From contig CM060734.1 of assembly GCA_030704615.1 (NCBI GenBank), positions 62,372,001 to 62,436,000 of the forward strand: a DNA stretch of 64,000 bases, read 5' to 3'. A program made the translations under genes and the position numbers. Shown here one piece after another: positions 37,470 to 50,717 of this stretch (positions within the stretch are counted from its first letter, which is position 1; each line of letters starts with the position of its first letter). Source of the DNA: Takakia lepidozioides (Eukaryota; Plantae; Bryophyta). The notes below the pieces were generated by a model. The model saw only the letters and a list, made by a program, of their open reading frames with translations, was not told the DNA's origin and ran no database searches.

Positions 37470-38450
37470 GGATGAAGGCATATGCCTTCTGGACTTATTT
37501 GGCGGGATCAGCACTGGATTGGCTGCAGTGCTGCAGGCAGGTGTACGAGTTCGACGTTACCTGTATGTGGAGAGGGATGAGACTGCACGACGCGTCTCAC
37601 TGCGCCATGTTGCTCAGATGGTGCAGCAGCCCTGAGTTGTTGCCGGTGTCTGCAGTTCGTGGATATCAGCAGGCCTTGCCAGCAGACATTGCTTGCTGGG
37701 GGCGCAGGATTTGGAGCGGGTTGGCTCCATTGATCTGGTAGTGGCAGGTTGGCCCTGCCAAGGGCATTCATCAGCCGGGCATGGCAATGGATTGCGAGAC
37801 GAGAGGACGGGTTGTTTGGGAGATGGTGCGGATTTTGCGCCACTTGCAGCTTCATCAGGCTGTATCTCCGGCATACATCTTGGAGAATGTGCCTGATGGG
37901 TGATTCTCGGGCCAGGGTGATGGCCAGTGTGCATCAAGCGGTCGTGGCTTGGGTCAGCAGTATTGCTGGATGCAGCTGCAGTGGGGTCACGGGCTCATCG
38001 TCCACGACTATGGTGGACTAACTTGATGCCACCCGCACTGCTCAAGCGTGCATTTGATGGGGTGCAGCGGCCAGCACACCTCACCGTGGATGGCATTTTG
38101 GACACAGGAAGGCAGTCTCAACGTGTGAGACACGATGACCGTTCGCCTTTGGCAGTGGTCAACAGGGTGGGTCAACCACGAGCAGCATTACCTACACTGC
38201 TCAGCTTCCCAGGATCCCATGCTTTTCGGGATGGTGGACCTGGCCTCCTGTGGGATGCTCAGTTGCAGCAGTTAGTGGAGCCTAATGCCGACGAGCGAGA
38301 GCGGGCTATGGGGTTTTCCACTGGGACCACGGCGGTGCCTTCTCTTTCTGAGGCATCACGTCGTCAGGTGTTGGGGCAAGCAATGGATCTCAATTGCTTG
38401 ACCTGGATTGTCAGCTTGGCTATGGCTGAGCAACGTAGAGTGCGGAGTGC
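37470..38450 (+). pseudogene. C5 cytosine DNA methyltransferase domain (DNMT3-like motifs) inside pol of copy 2
   Basis: Motif I LLDLFGGISTG, motif II RYLYVERD, motif IV DLVVAGWPCQGHS, motif VI YILENV (~37875-37892), motif VIII GSRAHRPRLWWTN, motif IX ERERAMGF and motif X QVLGQAMDL, in canonical order across frameshifts. Confidence 0.93.
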
Positions 38451-38779
38451 ACTTCCCTTGACGGTCTCTCTGCCTACCGAGACGGTACAGGCAGCGAGTG
38501 GGGGCGAGCGGTGAGGACCACGAGGTGTAGACATCCATGGCACATGTGGGGGAGGTGCTCGAGGTTCAGAGGGAGTTGGCAGCGAAGGCAGCTGTGATGG
38601 ATGAGGTTGGGGATTCTTCTCGGGATGAGGAGGTTCTCAATGATGAGATGATGGGGCAGGATGAGGCCTTGTCATTGACTGAGCAGGAAGGGGGTACTGC
38701 TCAAGAGGTTGCAGCATAGCAACCACGGGACGCGTCCTCTACCTCTAAGCCCACTGGACTTAAGGTTGCAGTTACGGAG

Positions 38780-41700
38780 GACAATTGGGAGCCTGACATT
38801 GGACCCATTGTCACGGAGAGAGAGACGACGTATACGGCGGTTCCTGAGGGCTTACAGGAATTGCTTTGCCTTCAGTTTGAAGGACTTGGGAGCACTGAAG
38901 GGTCAAGAGATCCGTATTGAGTTGGCCACTGACACGCCAATCTTTCGGAGACCCTATAGATACAGTGACATGGAGAGGTCTTTGATTCAGATGAGGACTC
39001 AAGATCTCTGGGAGGCAGGTTTGGTGGAGCTCTCTGGTGGAGAGTATGCTTCAGCCACAGTGATGCCAGCTAAGAAGGATGTCTATGGCAATTGGACGGA
39101 GAGACGTATGTGCGGTGATTACCGGCCTGTAAATCGTCAGACCAAGTCCGATAGGTATGCCATGCCAACACCAGAGGAGATCTTTGATGCCATTGGGCAT
39201 TCCAAGGTCTTTAGCACGTTGGATTTACGATCCGGATATCACCAGTTGCCGATCAAGGAGGCGGATAAGCAAAAGACGGCATTCTGGGGGATCAATGAGC
39301 ACGGGAAGGATTGCCTATACCAGTGGCGGTTCTTACCATTTGGGCTTAAAAACGCTCCCGCTGAGTTTCAAAGAGTCATGGACAGGATTCTAGCAGGGGT
39401 GGAGTTTGCTCGGTGCTACATAGATGACATCATCATCTTTAGTGCTACGGTGGAGGAGCATGAGAGACACCTTCAGGGGTATTTGAGCGCTTGAGGACGC
39501 ACGGATTGAAGTTACATCCGGGCAAGTGCAAGTTTTTCCACAACCAGATTGAGTATCTGGGTCACATGATATATCCTGGAGGATTGGGGGTACAGCAGAC
39601 TAAGGTAGAGTCCATTGCACAGGTTCCACGCCCCACGGATGTGAGCCGAGTTCGAGCTTTCATGGGGTTAGCAAACTATTACAGACGGTTTGTTAAGGGA
39701 TTTAGTGCCATTGCAAAGGCTCTAACCAAGCTGACCAAGGTGGACCAGGGTGGCAGTGGGAAGATGAGCAAGAACAAGCTTTTCAAGAGCTCAAGGCGAG
39801 GTTGACCTCGGCGCCCATCTTGAGACGACCTATCAGGGGGCGTCCTTTTCAGCTGCATACAGATTGGAGCATGCTGGGGCTTGGAGCGGTGCTCACACAG
39901 GTGGATGATGAGGGAAGAGAGTTCGTAGTGGCTTATGCTAGCCGCTCGAACAATGCTGCAGAGTCTAAGTATAGCTCATATGAGGGAGAATGCTTAGCTG
40001 CAGTGTGGGCCGTGGCACACTTCAGGTGCTATTTATACGGCAATCTCTTCACCCTTGTCACGGATCACCAACCACTCAAGTGGTTGATGGAGTCAGACAA
40101 GCTTACGGGGAAGCTTGCACGGTGGGCACTCATCCTTCAAGAGTATGACTTTCAGGTGGTGCATCGACCGGGTTTGGTCAATCGAAATGCAGATGGGTTG
40201 AGTCGCAATCCATGCACGAGCCAGCAGGATGACACTGGAGCTCGGTGGCATGGTGAGACGGACGAGGAGATGGTGCCCGGATGGCATGCATCTGCATTTC
40301 TGTGTATCTTGGCAGCGGAAGGCCAGGTTGGACCTACAACAGGGATGACTGTAGATCAAGTGTCTGAGGACCCTGAGGCCAGCAATGAGCAGGGTGGCGC
40401 CAAAGATATACATGAGGATTCAGTTGTGTTGGACTACCTCCGCAGTGGAGACACGGCAGCCACTATGACTGCCAAGGAGAGGGATCGGATCCTACAACGA
40501 GCCAAGAGGTTCAGTGGGAGGGGACACACCTGCTCCGAGTGTGGGAGGATGGTCGAGTGAGGATTGTGCCTCACCCAACACAGCGGGCACGGTTAGTGCG
40601 GCATGCCCATGAGGAGTTGGGGCATTTTGGGGTGCGACGCACTCATAGTCTACTGCAGGGGCAGTATTGGTGGCGTGGTATGCACACAGAGGCAACAATT
40701 TGTGGCTAGGTGCATGGTGTGTGACAGGGTGCGTGCTTCATTCAACGCCCCTACTCCACAATTGCACCCTCTTCCGATCATGGGATTGGGCTACAGGTGG
40801 AGTCTTGACTTCGCAGGGCCGTTGCCACTGACCATGCGCCACAACAAGTACGTGTTGGTGATGGTGGAGCACTTCTCCAAGTGGATTGAATTGGTTCCAT
40901 TGCCTGATAAGGCTAGTGAGGGAGCTGCGTATGCATTCCTGGATTGTGTGCTTAGCCGATTCGGTGCTCCAGCTGAGGTACTCACGGACCAAGGGAGAGA
41001 GTTCTTGGGGGAGTTTCAGGCTTTGTGTGACAAGGCCTTGATAGACCACCGCACCACTTCTCGGGATCATCCTGAAGCCGATGGCTTGGCAGAGAGAGTT
41101 GTTCAGACAGTAAAGAGGGTTTGCGCAAGTATGGCTTGCAGAAGGGACACCTAGGAGATTGGGACCTTCAGTTACCCTGGTTAGCCATGGGCTACAGGTT
41201 CAGCAAGCAAGCATCACTTGCCTCCTTCTCACCATACTTTCTTCTCTTTGGCCGAGAGCCGGATTTGCCTACATCCATTCGCAGAGAAGCTGCTACAGTT
41301 CTTAACCTTGACGATCCGGACGTGTGGGCACGTGCATGTGAGCAGCGTGCAGAGTTGTTCAAGAGAGTCATGCCATGGCTTTCGAGAACCTTGCCATTGC
41401 ACAACACCGTGATACGTTGAGGTATGCTACCATACGTGGTGGGGGCTATCGTCCTGGGTTCGGAGATTCAACCCTGGTGACTATGTCTATCTGCAGCAGA
41501 CTGCTCCTACGACCCTGGATGTGACTGCAGGACGTGTTATTTTGAGGGTTCGAGAGGTCTTGCCCTCAGGCGTCTTGGTCTTGGAGGGTCGGGATGGCAT
41601 CACTTGGAAGGACCATGTGCGTAATTGTGCGCCATGTCACCTTCCGAATGTTGATGGCAGGATTGACCCAAACCTGGCAGTGGTATCTGCAGGTTTGAGG

Positions 41701-41844
41701 TGCATGTTGTGTGGGTCTGCTAAAGGGGCAGCCACCATGCTGGTGTGTGATCGATGCTCTAGAGGTTGGCATATGGGATGCTTGACTCCACCTCTTGAGA
41801 TGGTTCCGGATGGGGATTGGTTATGTCCACATTGCATTGGATAG
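38780..41844 (+). pseudogene. Copy 2 pol: RT, RNase H, H2C2/DDE integrase and C-terminal PHD finger
   Basis: RMCGDYRPVN, FSTLDLRSGYHQ, YIDD, TDWS, TDHQPLKWL, HEELGHFG..CMVCD, DFAG/TDQG/AER, CMLC..CDRC..H..C..WLCPHC. The RT-RH-IN order is Ty3/Gypsy type. Confidence 0.96.
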
Positions 41845-42591
41845 TGGGAGTGGATACAACCATGGGAGGCTAACAAGAAACGCAAGGCCAGCTACTAGGA
41901 GACCTTGAACACACGAGATCTTGGCTCAAGTTCATAGATTGCAAGACGGCGACTAACGATGGGGCTACTCTTGTACCCGGCCTCTTGGTTATAGAGTTTG
42001 AGTACGATAAGACAGTGATAGAGGACTTAGTACGGCTGTGGCTATTACATCTTGTAGCTATCTGGAGGTAGAGGGACCTATCCACCAGCTAGGGGGGCGA
42101 TTGTGCTAGACTACTTATTGTGCATATATGTGTGGTGTGGTTTGGACAGCGATGTAGTTGTGTAGCGATATGTATGCGCACGACAGCTGTCAAGTTAAAT
42201 AAGCACAGTGTGAAAACAGCTAGAATAAAACTAGTTATTTGTATTTAACACTTGGATTTAGGTCAAGTGTTAAATCAGGTGTCAAGTTTAGTTTGACACC
42301 TGGTCGTCTTATCTTCACGAGAGCGGCAGTCGCGCGGCTCATCTCTCTCGAGTTGAGCCTGCGCGACCGAGCTCCTGCATTGTTCTGGGGTGGAGTCCCC
42401 ATAGCTTGGGGTGCCCCTGGCTCGACTTAAATTTTAAAGAGTGATCTTGAGGGATTGCATATTTTTGTGTTGAGAGTGTGTGTCCTTTACAAGTTTTATC
42501 ATTGTGCTAGACTACTTTATTGTGCATATATGTGTGGTGTGGTTTGGACAGCGATGTAGTTGTGTAGCGATATGTATGCGCACGACAGGTC

Positions 42592-45500
42592 CAATGTCAG
42601 GCTCCCAATTGTCCTCCGTAACTGCAACCTTAAGTCCAGTGGGCTTAGAGGTAGAGGACGCGTCCCGTGTTGCTATGCTGCAACCTCTTGAGCAGTACTC
42701 CTTCCTGCTCAGTCAATGACAAGGCCTCATCCTGCCCCATCATCTCATCATTGAGAACCTCCTCATCCCGAGAAGAATCCCCAACCTCATCCATCACAGC
42801 TGCCTTGCTGCCAACTCCCTTTGAACCTTGAGCACCTGTGTGCCATGGATGTCTACACCCGTGGTCCCCACCGGCTTGCCCCCACTCGCTGCCTGTACCG
42901 TCTCGGTAGGCAGAGAGACCATCAAGGGAAGTGCACTCCGCACTCTACGTTGCTCAGCCATAGCCAAGCTGACAATCCAGGTCAAGCAATTGAGATCCAT
43001 TGCTTGCCCCAACACCTGACGACGTGATGCCTCAGAAGAGAAGGCACCGCCGGTCCCAGTGGAAAACCCCATAGCCCGCTCTCGCTCGACGGCATTAGGC
43101 TCCACTAACTGCTGCAACTGAGCATCCCACAGGAGGCCAGGTCCACCATCCCGAAAAGCATGGGATCCTGGGAAGCTGAGCAGTGTAGGTAATGCTGCTC
43201 GTGGTTGACCCACCCTGTTGACCACTGCCAAAGGCGAACGGTCATCGCGTCTCACACGTTGAGACTGCCTTCCTGTGTCCAAAATGCCATCCACGGTGAG
43301 GTGTGCTGGCCGCTGCACCCATCAAATGCACGCTTGAGCAGTGCGGGTGGCATCAAGTTAGTCCACCATAGTCGTGGACGATGAGCCCGTGACCCCACTG
43401 CAGCTGCATCCAGCAATACTGCTGACCCAAGCCACGACCGGACTTGATGCACACTGGCCATCACCCTGGCCCGAGAATCACCCATCAGTGGTACATTCTC
43501 CAAGATGTATGCTGGAGATACAGCTTGATGAAGCTGCAAGCAGCGCAAAATCCGCACCATCTCCCAAAAGACCCGTCCTCGAGTCTCGCAATCCATTGCC
43601 ATGCCCAGCTGATGAATGCCCTTGGCAGGGCCAACCTACCACTATCAGATCAATGGAGCAACCTGCTCCAAATCTTGCCCCCAACAAGGAAATGTCTGCT
43701 GGCAAGGCTTGTTGGTATCCACGAACTGCAGACACAGGCAACAAGTCAGGGAACTGCTGTACCAACTGAGCCACATGGCGCGCAGTGAGACGCGTCGTGC
43801 AGTCTCATCCCTCTCCACATACAGGTAACGCCTTACCGCACACCTGCCTGTAGCACAGCAGCCAATCCGGTGCTGATCCCGCCAAACAAGTCCAGAAGGC
43901 AAATGCCTTCATCCCCGCTGCCACAAAGAGGTGTGGTGTCCAATGGCGACAACTGAGGTGGCCCTGGTGCAATCACCGCACTCTCTCCTCTCCTGACGGT
44001 ACAAAAGCTTCTACCCCAAGCTTGTGCACCCGTCCATCAGCAGCTTGCTGCAAATCCTTGCTCGTACCCCACAACGGAGTGTGAGCAACCATGGCAGGCA
44101 ACTCCGCCGTACCATGCATGTCATCTGCTCTGCTGGAGGTGGCACATCCTCTGCATGGGCATTGCCTTCCATAAACTCTCAGGCCAACTAACTGCAGCTG
44201 TGAAGGCGGCTAGTGTTGGCATCTTGCCCCGCTGGGCAGATGCAATACCCCCAATGAATGTCACAGGGAGCTGTGCACGGCGACCATCCCCTGACTGCCA
44301 TCCAGGCCTGTAGGATGCTGACTCCTCCCAGAAATCCAGGGTGAAGCCCATGGGGTAAACACTGCCCCACCAACGTGGACATCGTAAGAGACCGCGTCTG
44401 TCACAATGGCCTTGGCTCGCATCACTGAGTCATCTACAGGATGATCCGGCTGCAGTCTAATAGCCAACTGATGTCGTGTCATGCCACGAGCCTGCTCTGA
44501 TCCTCCCAGAGATGTCTGTATCTGGAAAGGACAAGGCTCCATATCCGCCTCCATGAGGCCCAAACCTGCAATAGCAGCTCTGCCCAACATTAGTGGCTGA
44601 GCTCCTGAGTCCAACAAGACCCGCAGTGGCCGGTACTTCTTGCCTGCCGGTCCACTCAAAGTGAAAATGCCTCCCTGGTTGTCTAACAAGACAACTCCAG
44701 ATGTCACCATGGCGCGCTCAATGGCTGGTCTAGCTGGCAGCTCCGTCAACCTGGCAGCTGCAGCTTGCAAGGGCGCAGCCGTGGCAGTCTTGACCCTCAA
44801 ATCCGAGGATCCCTCTGCCACTACACCTTCCACTAACTCCGCAGAAGATGAAGTGACCTCCCCACTCTCACAGAATGTTGCTGCTAGTCTGAACACTGCA
44901 GTTGGCCTCACCCCCGGCGTCGCAATCATGGTTGCCGAGAACAATGGGGCTTGACACACAGAGGTGGCTGCCCCCAATAACACCGGCTGCTGCACTAGCC
45001 TTGGTAGCAGGTGTTGTGCTGCACGTGTAGCTCTCCCCAATGGCATAGTAACCTCCGCCTCGGTAACAGTCGGCGAGAACTAGGTGCCATGAATGGCGTC
45101 GACACAGTCTCTGCCAATGTGAATGACTGAGGCAGCCTTGCCTGACGGCTTGCCTCCCCACGTTGTGGATCCAACTCCACCTCTGCACCTCGTGGCTCAG
45201 GAACTCGTGCTGCTCCTCGAGTCACGGCTGCAGCAGACTCCACCTGCTCTAGTGGTAGTGCTGCTCCGCACATGAATCCCATGCCTCCCATATCTCCTCC
45301 CTCAAGAGCAGGAGGTGGACCATCCCGCCTGGGAGCCGGTACCGCCTGAGCTATAGCCATGGCAGCGAGCCTCTGCTCTAGCTGCTGAAGCCGATTGGCC
45401 ATGCCTTGGTCAACACCCTGACCTCCGCGTCCTTGGCCATGTGGAGCTTGCCCTTGGCCTGCACCTCGTGCCCGACCACCTCATCCTCTTTTGGGCTGGT

Positions 45501-48350
45501 CCACCTCGCCCCCGGCCACCATTGTTCCCTTGGAACTGGCCTGGGCGCAACTCAGGCAAGTCATAACACTGGGCATCTCCATGCCCATACTTGCCACAAT
45601 GCCCACACTGCAACTGTGCAGGCTGTGCTTGTGCCGGCCTTCTGCCATTCTCTGGGCAATCTCTTTTGACATGGGGTCCTCCACATGTCCAACATATCAC
45701 CCCTGGTTGCTGTTGGCCTGCAAAAGATGCCACGGGCCTCTGCACCTGAGATCCCCTGTAAGCTCCATGGAACTTGGGTTGGGCAACCTTGCCCCCCTAA
45801 CCACGCTGTTGGGCAGTCCCTTGTGCCTGTGGGCTGACAGCTGTGCCCCGTACAGGCATGTCCTTGCCAAATCCAATTGTAACAACTCGCTCCTCCACCA
45901 TGTTGAGCTCAATCCGCTCAGCCAGCAGAAACACATCTGCTAATGTGGGTTGGGCTGCTTGTAACAGGGTTGCATCTCGCACCCTTCTCTTGAGCTCCTT
46001 GTCCAGAATTCCATACCAAAACTGGATTGCCTGAGCTTCAGTAACCCCTTGGGTCACACTTATCAAGCGCCTCATACGAGTGTACGCCTCTCGCAGGCTC
46101 TCACTAGGTTTGCGCTGGAAGTCTTGCAAACTTCGCAGCTTCTCTGTCCGTACACCTTGGTAGTTCCTCCGCAACTCCTGGAAGAACTCCACCACCGGGT
46201 TGAATCTAGGCACATGTGTTGTAGTTGTGGCAGCACCTTTTGAACTGGTACCACCTTCAGAAGTACCAGCATTACCTGCTCCACTACTAGTGCTGGCAGT
46301 GGGAGCTATTGGTACTGATGCAGCTACAGGTCGCGTCGTGCCTCGTAATGGAGACGTAGTCAGGTGACCAATACATCCTCCACTCCTCAATCTCTGCTTC
46401 ATGTCCTCGCCTGAACTCGTGGTAATCGTCCATAGGCGGGCCTTCCAAATGCTGGAACAGTCCCTTCCACGCCATGAATGGGGTGAATAGCTGTGGATTG
46501 CGCATCTGCTGCAAATCACACCAGCTGTCGAACTCCTGGATAAAGTCATCCAACTCGATTGTGCCCACAGCTCCAGAGTACCTACGAGGCCCCTTGGTAG
46601 CTCCATACATCTCCTCCATGTCGTCCCACAACAATGGCGAATGAAAGTGCACACCTGTTGATGAAGCCTCCGAGTCTGTGTCTGACTCTACAGTAATTGA
46701 GGGTGGCGGTGAAGGTGGTCTGAACCGAATACCTCGTCTTGTGAACCCACTCTCACTGTTACTGCCTGTAGCCGTACTCCCCTCAAAACCCTTGGGTAAC
46801 TCCGTAATGACACTCACAATGTGCACCTCCTCCACGTGACACTATAAGGCTCTAGTACTAATCTAATAGTGACACGGGTGGGCACCTGTTGCAGTTTAAG
46901 GGTCATATCCCAATGGTCAGGGCACCTGCACCTGCATCCACCGCAAGAACTCCTATGGTTGACTGGTCATCAACCCAGCCTCACCATAGAAGAAACACTG
47001 GTGGTCTTGCTGGTCATCACTCCAGCCTCACCACCGACAGCATACTCTAGGATTGACCGGTGATCAAATCCGGCCTAATCCCTATGAAAGCAAGCGCCCA
47101 CACAAAACCAACATGGTGCAGTCAAGCATGCAGGTGTTGGGGGGGATCCAAACAAGAAATCAAAACATCAACACCCCCATACCAAAATCCAGCTGCAATG
47201 CTGATCCTGCAGAATATCCCAGCCCAAAACCCCGGACTGACTGGCCTCCACCAGAGAGGCTTTGGCACTACAAGTACAAGGTAATGAAAATAGTACAGAG
47301 ATGGAGGGGAAGAATAGAAGCCCGACCAAGCAAGATCTAATCCTGATCTATGCTATCAACTGCCAGACTTCTCTCAAAGTGCCTCGCTGCATGATGGTAA
47401 GGTGTAGGAGGTATATCTATGTCCAGAAACCTGCCACTAACCTTGTCCAAGCTACAGTAGCTCGCTCTAACCAACCCTCCTCCTCTTTCTGCCAGGTAGA
47501 GACAAAGCAATACTCCCCTATCTCCCGCTCACTGAACACTAAAGAAAACAAAGGTAGGGTCTGATAGTCTCTCAACTCGAAAGCTTTGAGACGGTTGCGG
47601 GTGTCCTCATTGCGAATGATTGCATCCCCTTCAAACAGAACAAACTTGTCCTCGGTAATGAACCCCCGCTCGTGGTTGCCTTGTGCAGAGCGTGTCCGGC
47701 TGCAACGCTGATTGCACAAACTTGTGTAGCTCCTGCTCCTCTACTCCAGTACACCACGGCCTTGTGGCTGAACACCTTGGTCCCCGGGGCTGTCTTTGGC
47801 TGTGTTCCAAGCCTAGCTTTCACCCACTTTGGTATTTCACCTACAGCTGCAGAACTGCTGGCTCCAACAGAGTTCTGACTGTCCAAGGCGATATTGAGGC
47901 CCTCAATGCCAACTACAGCAGTCTGTTGTCTACTGCTAATGCCTGACTCCCAGTATGCAATCAACTCGTCCAACTGTTCTCCACTCAAATCAGTCTGAGT
48001 TCCTTGGGAAACATAAATCCTGTCCCATTGTGTGCACATACTAAGAGAAGAGACCTGCCCTTCAATTACGTCCTCATTTCCCCCAGCCATGCAAGGAGTA
48101 CATCCACCAATTTGTCTCTCATATAGACCAGAACAGGTTCTAGAAACAGGATTGTGGATCTTTCATGGCACACTCACACTCTAAAAATTCCATAGATTTT
48201 TAGCAGAGTCCTAAAAACAAAAACCTAGATAGGTAGGTAGATTCCCCCTTTCTACAGCTATCCCCTCAAAAACTGTGTCAAACGGAGTTCATTTGCCAAA
48301 GATATGACCAATTAGGCTCTAAATCCTTTAACTTAGATCAAAAGGGTTTT
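42592..48350 (-). pseudogene. Copy 1 5' coding half: extra ORF, gag, protease and C5 DNA methyltransferase (~42940-43910)
   Basis: Inverted homolog of 33040-38800: LLDSGA (~44610), DLIVVGWPCQGHSSAG, FWEMVRILR..AYILENVPL, AHRPRLWWTN, QVLGQAMDLN. Confidence 0.93.
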
Positions 48351-48568
48351 TTTTTCTTTTTTTTTTCTTTTTCTTTTCAAATTTAAAAATTCAAATGAGT
48401 GAGAAGCTCTTTGGAAACTTCCCCTATCCTTACATGCTTTTCCACCTGGGTCATGCTTTCTCCCTGCAGGGGTGGAATTTGCATATGCTTATCAGCGTTG
48501 GAGAGGGCGGCAAGAGCGGACGTACTGATTGCGGGCGTACAGAGCTGACGGATGGGCTTTAGGGGCTA

Positions 48569-48856
<288 letters not shown>

Positions 48857-50717
48857 AGGATCTGGACTGATCAAGGAGTCGTTTCTCCAGCATGTGACCC
48901 AGTCGAAACTATGTGGTTTGCTGTTGCAATGATGGAAGCGAGAGAGCTCGGAAGAAGCTTCACGAATTCGGCTTCAGGGACGAAATCGCTGACAACTCGA
49001 GCATTTCTGTCTCTCTCTTGTGTTTGTGACTGCAAACTCTACATCTTGCCAGGATGATCCGAAACGGAGTGATCTTACCACCCGGCTCTGCTCAGCTCTC
49101 CGAAAGCCTGTTAGATAATAGAAGCCAGGAAACCTAGAACCTTCACTCCAAAACTTCTTGACTGAATATCGGTGGAACTAGTAGAGTGCACACTGCGTGT
49201 GTGGAATGGGGCGGGAAGGTTGGTAACAGTAGCAACTCGGAATAGAAAGGGCAGCACGTCGCGCGCCATAGATTTCTAGACGGGCCACCTTCTCTGCCAC
49301 TTTCACCGCACATAATCTCCAGCCTGGCGATTCAATTCGAGATCTTGGCTGCAAGACTTGCCGGTACGAGCTTAACGCTTCTCAAGTGATGTCACCCGCT
49401 GAGTGAGCTCGGCAACTTCCATGGCCTGAACGTTGCCACTGTGCAAGTTAGCTGGGGAGGTGGCGTGCAAGTCAATGACGAACAACTGGTGAGGACATTT
49501 TCCTGCCTTTCCCCCCCTTCCCTCCTCGCTTCGGCATCCTTTCAATGTACTAAGCTAGTGAGCCATGGCCAGAACTAACACCTCCTCTCCATTCAGTTTG
49601 ATCACCCTTTGCACCTCTGCTCCCGCATTTCTCTCCACTACTTTGAAGAGTCCACACCCGCATCTTTATACCGGAAGCTGGCTTTTCAACAAAACCACAA
49701 CCCAACTAAGGCATCTGAAAGCAAGATCGGGAAGAGCACATCGAAACTCTCCACGTACAAGCCGGGGTCCTCCAGATTCCATGCCCGTACCACCTACTTC
49801 CCCAGCAACGAAACCAGACCCTCTTCAAGCTCTACATCATCGTCTTCAAAGTACCGCAGGCCTGGCCGTCACCTGCTCCAAAACTTGTAGACAGCTTTTC
49901 CCAAGCACTGTCCTTTCCTAGAAAACTCGGATGCCCACACTCTTCCGCACATTGGCGAATTGGGCCTTCAACATACAGATGTGACTTTTAACTCCCAAAA
50001 TGTTTGGGCCTGAGCAGCTCTCCAGCTATCCATTTCACTCCAGGCACTTTGTATTCATCCTAGGGACGTTGTGTAGTGCAGATATCAGCGTTCACAGCTT
50101 GCCAGTGCTGCTCCATGCTGCATTTTTAAGTCTCTCCTTGTGTACTCCAAAGCCTCTGGTGACTTGGTAGCTTCAGCGACTGTAATAACAGTGGCGGCTC
50201 CGGCATCGTCATCCTCCAGGCGTTTCAGGGCACGCTGAATCTTGTGGTCACATTCAATGATATGCTTCTCAAACTAAGCACTACTTACACACAGGTAATC
50301 TTGCAAGTGCTAACCCTCAACTCCTACCTTGCACTCACAGGTAAGAGATCATCTTTCTCGAGTGATAGAAAACCAACGAACACACTGTTTACACAAAACA
50401 TGAAAACCAAACCATCACTCTTAGAAATAGTAGTCGAGCCAGGGGCACCCCAAGCTATGGGGACTCCACCCCACAACAACCTCCTACACTCCATCATGAG
50501 TACACTCAGATCTAAACGCATGCAGGAGCTCGGTCGCGCAGGCTCAACTCGAGAAAGATGAGCCGCGCGACTGCCGCTCTCGTGAAGATAAGACGGACCA
50601 GGTGTCAAACTAAACTTGACATCTGATTTAACACTTGACCTAAATCCAAGTGTTAAATACAAATAACTAGTTTTATTCTAGCTGTTTTCACACTGTGCTT
50701 ATTTAACTTGACAGTTT

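Larger units (their letters stand above)
30543..42587 (+). mobile_element. Copy 2 (inner) of the split-repeat DNMT-Gypsy retrotransposon, 12,045 bp, inserted in opposite orientation into copy 1
   Basis: Ends TGTC (30543) and GACA (42587); 4-bp TSD GGTC at 30539-30542 and 42588-42591. The flanks rejoin to tgacaatgggtccaatgtc, the reverse complement of the uninterrupted site in copy 2 at ~38796-38814. Repeats: A1 30543-30901, B1 ~42100-42185, GC 42186-42187, A2 42188-42500, B2 42501-42587. Confidence 0.95.

Noticed and set aside
37470-38450. Bacterial restriction-modification methylase or contamination
   Set aside because: It sits within the retroelement pol in two copies, among intron-containing plant genes, with no nuclease partner.
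30543-42587. DIRS/Ngaro tyrosine-recombinase element
   Set aside because: It encodes an aspartic protease and a DDE integrase and makes TSDs. No R-H-R-Y recombinase motifs were seen, although an HMM search is still needed.
27157-48350. Assembly artefact (false inverted duplication)
   Set aside because: The copies differ by many substitutions, have different cargo and A-repeat variants, and each has its own TSD. Some single-base frameshifts may still be sequencing errors.
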